Position numbers and translations under genes: made by a program. Shown in pieces: positions 58,891 through 64,000 of a stretch of 64,000 nt of DNA. The DNA comes from Candidatus Multivoradales bacterium (GTDB lineage: Bacteria; Acidobacteriota; Thermoanaerobaculia; Multivoradales; JAHEKO01). The first letter of the stretch is position 1; the number at the start of each line of letters is the position of its first letter. The notes under the pieces are model-generated. The model was not told the DNA's origin and made no database searches. It was given only the letters and a program-made list of their open reading frames with translations. The stretch spans positions 2,816,001 through 2,880,000 of the forward strand of contig CBDFIJ010000004.1 of the NCBI GenBank assembly GCA_965248055.1, read 5' to 3'.

Positions 58891-60135
58891 TTACGTGCCG
58901 CTTCGACGAGCTAGCTTGTTCGACAAGATGCTAATCAGACCGCCTAGCATGACGTATCCGAGGACGACCTCAAGGGTAATCCAAAACATTCCCGCGGTAT
59001 TGGTCGGTGTGACATCTCCGAATCCAAGTGTTGTAAACGTAACAATGCTGAAGTAATACGGAACGATGTGGGTAATCTGTTGCGCGCTTAGGTATTGCGA
59101 GTTTGTGATGTCCAACTGAGGGTCGACGCTTTCAAGGAAGGACCCAATCCAAGTGTCTCTAAGCATTGTCGGCAATGCGTAAGGAGCGTAGAGGATGCCG
59201 AAGAGAAAGGCGATTGCAAGCGACCAGGCGGCCCAGACCCCTATGTTTCGACCGTAGTCCGATGACCATCGCCATATTCCGCCCCAGATCGGGTGCGTCT
59301 TTGTGAACTCTCGGACGAATTGTTGGTCCGAGACATAACGCTTGAAAAATGGATTCGTCACCTCGTCAATGGCATTGCTGTCCAAATAGAATTGGATCGT
59401 TTTTCTCTCGTGATCGCTAGCGTTCTTGTACTTTGGTCTCGGTGCAGGTTTTTGCAAAGGGGCGAGGACCTTTAGAAGGGACATCCCCACAGCGCGTACC
59501 AACGAATCGTTCTCATATTGAATCTCAGCAAAATCGCCAGGGACAATGAATCTCGCCCCTCGGAGAACTACATCTCGACCGAAGAGCGCTTTTGCAAAGC
59601 TGATGCGTTGATGGAATGTGGTCTCCGTGAAGTCTGTCTTGCCGCGGAATTGTGCCTCACCAAAGTCTGTGAGTTCATGAAATATGGCCCAACCGTATGA
59701 TGCCTTAGCGCGAAACTCGTTAGAGGAAAACGCGGCTACACCATGGAACTCTGTCCCCACGAAATTCGCATCCCCCTCATAGACGATATTCGTAAACGCG
59801 ATCCACTGTTGGAACGACGCTTTTTGAAACGAGGTGTTTCCGAGGAACCTTGCTCGATCAAAGTAAGCTGTACGGCGAAACACAGCGCGGCTCAGGTTCA
59901 CGCTTCCCCGAAACACAGTGTCTTTAAATCGTAGTGTTGGCTCGATAGTCCAATAGAGGAGTCCGTTATCCGGTGTGTCTTCCAAAGAAGTCCTGGGCAA
60001 CCCAGAACCATCAATGTGAAGGTCGCCGATAACCTCGCAGTGGGAAAAATCAACGCTTTCTTCGGAGGTGGCTACGTTGATCGCGGCGAGCACCTCTTTG
60101 GCAGTAACTTTTCGACGTAGTTGGTCGTAGGTCAT
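58891..60135 (-). CDS. Pentapeptide-repeat protein fused to a 2-TM K-channel pore (Ion_trans_2)
   Basis: Repeated A.F....F pattern; SDYG; YFSIVTFTTLGFGDVTP. Confidence 0.88.
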   Translation of the reverse strand: MTYDQLRRKVTAKEVLAAINVATSEESVDFSHCEVIGDLHIDGSGLPRTSLEDTPDNGLLYWTIEPTLRFKDTVFRGSVNLSRAVFRRTAYFDRARFLGNTSFQKASFQQWIAFTNIVYEGDANFVGTEFHGVAAFSSNEFRAKASYGWAIFHELTDFGEAQFRGKTDFTETTFHQRISFAKALFGRDVVLRGARFIVPGDFAEIQYENDSLVRAVGMSLLKVLAPLQKPAPRPKYKNASDHERKTIQFYLDSNAIDEVTNPFFKRYVSDQQFVREFTKTHPIWGGIWRWSSDYGRNIGVWAAWSLAIAFLFGILYAPYALPTMLRDTWIGSFLESVDPQLDITNSQYLSAQQITHIVPYYFSIVTFTTLGFGDVTPTNTAGMFWITLEVVLGYVMLGGLISILSNKLARRSGT

Positions 60136-60422
60136 CCGAGAAAGGACAAAATCCGAATAGTGGAGTATCTAGATTGTAGATGAAACAGGTGCCTCTCACC
60201 ATAGGCCTATGAAGAGCCACCCTGTGGAGTAGCTATGCACAACTTGGTTCAACCATCGCGTTAGCTCTGGACCGCTGACCTTCGGAAATACACAAGTACT
60301 GGTCCTCCCGACAGGAAGAACTAGGAAGTCAGTATTTTGTCACCACATTCTTTGGTGGGTGGGCATGAAGTTTTTCGCCTCTACTTGCGGGAGAGTAGGG
60401 GAGCCCTTTCGTGGCTCTTATC

Positions 60423-61994
60423 CTAAACGTCAAACGTCACGCCTTGAGCCAGCGGCAAGTCTGTTCCCCAGTTGATGGTCGAGGTCTGGCGGCGCATGTA
60501 GATCTTCCAGGAGTCGGAGCCGGCTTCGCGACCGCCGCCGGTTTCTTTCTCACCGCCGAAGGCGCCGCCAATTTCAGCTCCTGAAGTCCCGATGTTGACG
60601 TTGGCGATGCCGCAGTCGCTGCCGGTGGTGGCGAGGAATCGTTCGGCCTCGCGCACGTTCAAGGTGAAGATCGCGGAAGACAAGCCCTGCGGCACGGCGT
60701 TGTGGCGGGCGATGACGTTGTCCAGCTCTTGATATTCAAAGATGTAGAGGATCGGGGCGAAGGTCTCATCACAGGTGATCGGCATTTCGGTGGTGGCTTC
60801 GAGCAGAGTTGGCTGGACGAAGAATCCGTCGCCAGCGATCGCCTCGCCACCGGTGAGAATACGCCCGCCTTGATCCACGGCGGTCTGTATCGCCGCCATC
60901 ATGTCGTCTACTGCGCCTTGATCTAGCAGCGGACCCATCAGAATGCCGTCGTCGAGCGGGTCGCCGATGCGGATCGATCCGTAGGCGTCGACCAAGCGTT
61001 GTTTCATTTCGGCAGCGATGGATTTATGCAGAAACAGTCTGCGGGTGGAGGTGCAGCGTTGGCCAGCGGTACCCACCGCGCCAAACAGCACCGCCATCAG
61101 GGTTAGGTCGAGGTCGGCGTTGGGAGTGACGATGATGCCGTTGTTGCCCCCGAGTTCCAGCAGTGAGCGCCCCAACCGTTTGGAGACTGCCTGACCGACC
61201 GCTCGGCCCATGGTCACCGACCCGGTCGCCGAAACCAAGGGAATGCGGTGATCTTCGGTCATCGGTACACCGACCGCGTGACGATCGCCGACCGCCAAGG
61301 TGAAGATCGGTGGTGCGTCGTGGTCTTCGAGCACTTTGGCGGCGATGCGGCTGATCGCCAGCGCACTCAACGGGGTCTTTTCCGACGGCTTCCACAGGTT
61401 GGCGTCGCCACAGACCGCCGCTACCATCGCGTTCCAAGCCCAAACCGCCATCGGAAAGTTGAAGGCGGTGATGATGCCGACCACGCCCAGCGGATGCCAT
61501 TGCTCGTACATCCGGTGCTGCGGACGCTCGGAGTGCATGGTTTTGCCATACAACTGGCGCGACATGCCCACTGCCAAGTCGGCCATGTCGATCATCTCTT
61601 GCACTTCACCGAGGCCCTCGGAGACCACCTTGCCGGCTTCCAGGGTGATCAGAGCGCCGAGGTCGTCTTTGTGGTCGCGCAAGGCGTCGGCCAAAGCGCG
61701 CACCACTTCGCCACGCCGCGGAGCCGGCCACTGGCGCCAGTCGAGGAAGGCTTGGTGCGCCACCTCGGCCACCTGCTGGTATTCCTCGACAGTGCAGGCC
61801 CGCACTGTGGCCAAGACCTCACCAGTGGTGGGATCGATGGAGGGGATTACCTCACCGCTGGTCTTGAGCCAAGATCCTGCCCAAGCCCCCGAGTTTTGCA
61901 CTCCTGAGCTTTCTGGCTCGATGCCTAAGCGCGCCAAAATACCTTCGACGCGCTGCTGTCGGGATGAATTGGAAGAATTTTCTGATGGGGCCAT
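60423..61994 (-). CDS. ALDH7-type aldehyde (aminoadipate-semialdehyde/P6C) dehydrogenase
   Basis: ITAFNFP, ELGGNN, GTAGQRCT, ETFAPI, GAEIGGAFGGEKETGGGRE; downstream of lat. Confidence 0.92.
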   Translation of the reverse strand: MAPSENSSNSSRQQRVEGILARLGIEPESSGVQNSGAWAGSWLKTSGEVIPSIDPTTGEVLATVRACTVEEYQQVAEVAHQAFLDWRQWPAPRRGEVVRALADALRDHKDDLGALITLEAGKVVSEGLGEVQEMIDMADLAVGMSRQLYGKTMHSERPQHRMYEQWHPLGVVGIITAFNFPMAVWAWNAMVAAVCGDANLWKPSEKTPLSALAISRIAAKVLEDHDAPPIFTLAVGDRHAVGVPMTEDHRIPLVSATGSVTMGRAVGQAVSKRLGRSLLELGGNNGIIVTPNADLDLTLMAVLFGAVGTAGQRCTSTRRLFLHKSIAAEMKQRLVDAYGSIRIGDPLDDGILMGPLLDQGAVDDMMAAIQTAVDQGGRILTGGEAIAGDGFFVQPTLLEATTEMPITCDETFAPILYIFEYQELDNVIARHNAVPQGLSSAIFTLNVREAERFLATTGSDCGIANVNIGTSGAEIGGAFGGEKETGGGREAGSDSWKIYMRRQTSTINWGTDLPLAQGVTFDV

Positions 61995-62139
61995 TGCTGA
62001 GTCCTCTCGATCGGAGTGCGACCGACTGTTGCTGTCTTATCGTTTCGCCGCGACCACGGTCTGCGGCTTGCTAGCCCGAAATGGCGACTCCATTTGGCTG
62101 ACTTGTGGTCGCCAACCTGGGGCAGCCAAAGCTGGGCCG

Positions 62140-63477
62140 CTAACCTCGGACCGTCGCCACCGCCTGATCGACGCGTTTCAGGGCTTCCTGGGCTTCTGCC
62201 GCCGAAAGGTTGAGCGCTGGACGGAAGCGGATTGCCTGGGTTCCTGACGGCAGGGCCAAGACCCCAAGTTCGCGCATTGAGGTCAACACCGCACCCCGTG
62301 CATCGGGGCTGGGTAGATCAAAGGCGATGAACATGCCGCGACCGCGTGCGTTGCTCAACCAGCCATCGTGCTCCTCACCGATAGTCTGCAAGCCGTCGGT
62401 GATCAGGTCGCCTACCTGCTTGGCGTTTTCCAGCAGGTTGTCCTCTTCGATGATCTCTACAAATCGACGGCAGCGGACCATGTCGGCGATGTTGCCGCCC
62501 CAGGTGGAGTTGATACGACTGGAGACCTTAAACACGTTGTCTACGTCGTCGATGCGCGGCGAAACACAGATGCCGCAAACCTGGGTTTTCTTACCGAAGG
62601 CGAAAATGTCGGGCACTACGTTGAAGTGCTCAAAACACCACCAAGATCCGGTGGTTCCAAAACCGGTTTGCACCTCATCGAAGATGAGCAGAAATTCATA
62701 TTGGTCAGCCAACGCACGCAACTTGTGCAGGAACTCACCGCGGAAATGGGTGTCTCCGCCCTCTCCTTGGATCGGCTCCAAGATCAAGGCTGCAATGTCA
62801 TGGCCATGTTCGGCGACCGCCGCTTCAATGGCAGCCACCGCTTGATCTTCTTCTGCGATCACCCGGTTGAGCACGGAATCAGTGACTGGAAAGGACAGCC
62901 CTGGGGTGGGCACACGGGGCCAAGAAAACTGCGGAAAGTAGTCGGTCTTGGTTGGGTCGGTGTTGGTTAACGACATGGTGTAGCCGCTGCGCCCATGAAA
63001 CGCGTGGCGAAAATGGATCACTTGGCTACCGGCTTCGGAGCGGCCCGCCGCCATGTTCTTGCGTCGCTTCCAGTCAAAGGCAGTTTTTAGTGCGTTCTCA
63101 ATCGCCAGTGCTCCGCCCTCAATGAAGAACATGTGGTGTTGAAAAGATTCTGGAACGGTGCGCGAGAAGGCCTCAACAAAATCGGCCATCTGGGTGGTGT
63201 AGAGGTCGGAATTGGAAAGCTTGAATAGCGCCGCGGCGGTTAGCTCTTCAAGAAAATCAGGATCATCCATTTTGGCATGATTGAAACCGACCGCTGAAGT
63301 GGCGAAACATCCGAACAGGTCAATGTAGGTCTTGCCTTCACGAGAGTCATAGAGGCTGGAACCTTGAGACTGATTTAGGTCGACGACCAATTCAAATCCG
63401 TCCACCAACATGTGTCGGCGTAGTGCGCTGTGTACTTCTTGGGGAGCAATGTGTGGGCGAGCCGTGGCTACCGTCAT
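62140..63477 (-). CDS. lat: L-lysine 6-transaminase
   Basis: GALAIENALK.AFDWK, AFHGRSGY, EPIQGEGGD, DEVQTG, FGKK, RINSTWGG; GGAGG RBS before ATG 63477. Confidence 0.93.
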   Translation of the reverse strand: MTVATARPHIAPQEVHSALRRHMLVDGFELVVDLNQSQGSSLYDSREGKTYIDLFGCFATSAVGFNHAKMDDPDFLEELTAAALFKLSNSDLYTTQMADFVEAFSRTVPESFQHHMFFIEGGALAIENALKTAFDWKRRKNMAAGRSEAGSQVIHFRHAFHGRSGYTMSLTNTDPTKTDYFPQFSWPRVPTPGLSFPVTDSVLNRVIAEEDQAVAAIEAAVAEHGHDIAALILEPIQGEGGDTHFRGEFLHKLRALADQYEFLLIFDEVQTGFGTTGSWWCFEHFNVVPDIFAFGKKTQVCGICVSPRIDDVDNVFKVSSRINSTWGGNIADMVRCRRFVEIIEEDNLLENAKQVGDLITDGLQTIGEEHDGWLSNARGRGMFIAFDLPSPDARGAVLTSMRELGVLALPSGTQAIRFRPALNLSAAEAQEALKRVDQAVATVRG

Positions 63478-63679
63478 GGGGCCTCCGAAATTCTGTTTGG
63501 GTACCTTGACAGAGTGTTGAGACACGCGAGTGTGAAGACTACTGCGTCCTGGGAACACTGCATCAAGGAATCGCGATGGCGTTCGTCGCCACCTTGCGGA
63601 TGGTAGCAGCGGACTAGAGCTAAGTTCAATGACAAAACCGGGGTCGCTGAATCGGGTTCGATCGCGATTGGCTGGAGAG

Positions 63680-64000
63680 TTATACGAACGGCGGTGCTGC
63701 CGCAGAATCGGTGGTCGGCACAGTGATCTCGGAGCTCTCGGGCTGTACTGAAGGAGAGCTCGATTCGCTGAAACTGGAGGTCGGCGGCAGCATCGAGGAT
63801 CGTACGCGGACCACATTTTCCGGCTGGCAACGAAAGGTTCCGGCAGACGACCAAACTTTGGCCGGGTTGGTTTGTGAAACCCAGACCTCACTGCCGCCGG
63901 GAAGATTCAAGGCGTCGGCTTGGCAGTCGGCCATCAGGACACCGGTGACCGGGGCGATGGTGCCCGCTGCAGCCTGCAGCCCAAGATGTCCGGCAGCCAG
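63680..64000 (-). CDS. 3' end of an unidentified gene entering from beyond the window
   Basis: The frame of track ORF 63680-63934 stays open to the window edge; no motif recognised. Confidence 0.4.
   Translation of the reverse strand: MAAGHLGLQAAAGTIAPVTGVLMADCQADALNLPGGSEVWVSQTNPAKVWSSAGTFRCQPENVVRVRSSMLPPTSSFSESSSPSVQPESSEITVPTTDSAAAPPFV

Noticed and set aside
58782-58895. Integron attC site after the channel gene
   Set aside because: ACGTAAC does not fit RYYYAAC, there is no matching GTTRRRY, and no integrase is present.
63478-63680. Lysine riboswitch upstream of lat
   Set aside because: No recognisable L-box conserved core or terminator on the minus strand.

Overview
GC-rich bacterial chromosomal window. 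Gene style tentatively suggests Acidobacteriota such as Thermoanaerobaculia (inference, not checked). Layout: (1) 1-21 kb, a surface-glycan locus with GT4/GT2 glycosyltransferases, an Asn-synthetase-like protein, an acetyltransferase, Wzm/Wzt, a nucleotide-sugar dehydrogenase, a secreted acidic protein, a PHP phosphatase, a frameshifted wzc, wza, an OM beta-barrel, an O-antigen-ligase-like gene, VanZ-like and NTP_transf_5 genes. (2) metF, then an IS481-family element interrupted by an IS5/IS1182-type element (both TSDs visible), a SAM-I/IV-type riboswitch and metH. (3) A Cys/His variant of an S24/S26 peptidase, a TetR-TolC-MFP-RND efflux operon, PBP1B, a TonB-dependent receptor, UvrA and a MauE/DoxX plus thioredoxin pair. 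(4) A translationally coupled GcvT-like plus two CrtI-like flavoprotein operon, a ~1.05 kb GTCATCCC-tagged palindromic tandem array, luxE/luxC-like genes without luxAB, a ferredoxin and TauE. (5) A single-chain restriction-modification gene converging on a pentapeptide-repeat K-channel-like gene, then lat and an ALDH7-type dehydrogenase (lysine catabolism). Best candidates for undescribed biology: the GcvT/double-flavoprotein operon, the repeat array, and the glycan-locus-linked secreted protein / NTase / Cys-His peptidase set. All family calls come from motif recognition by eye; no database searches were run.
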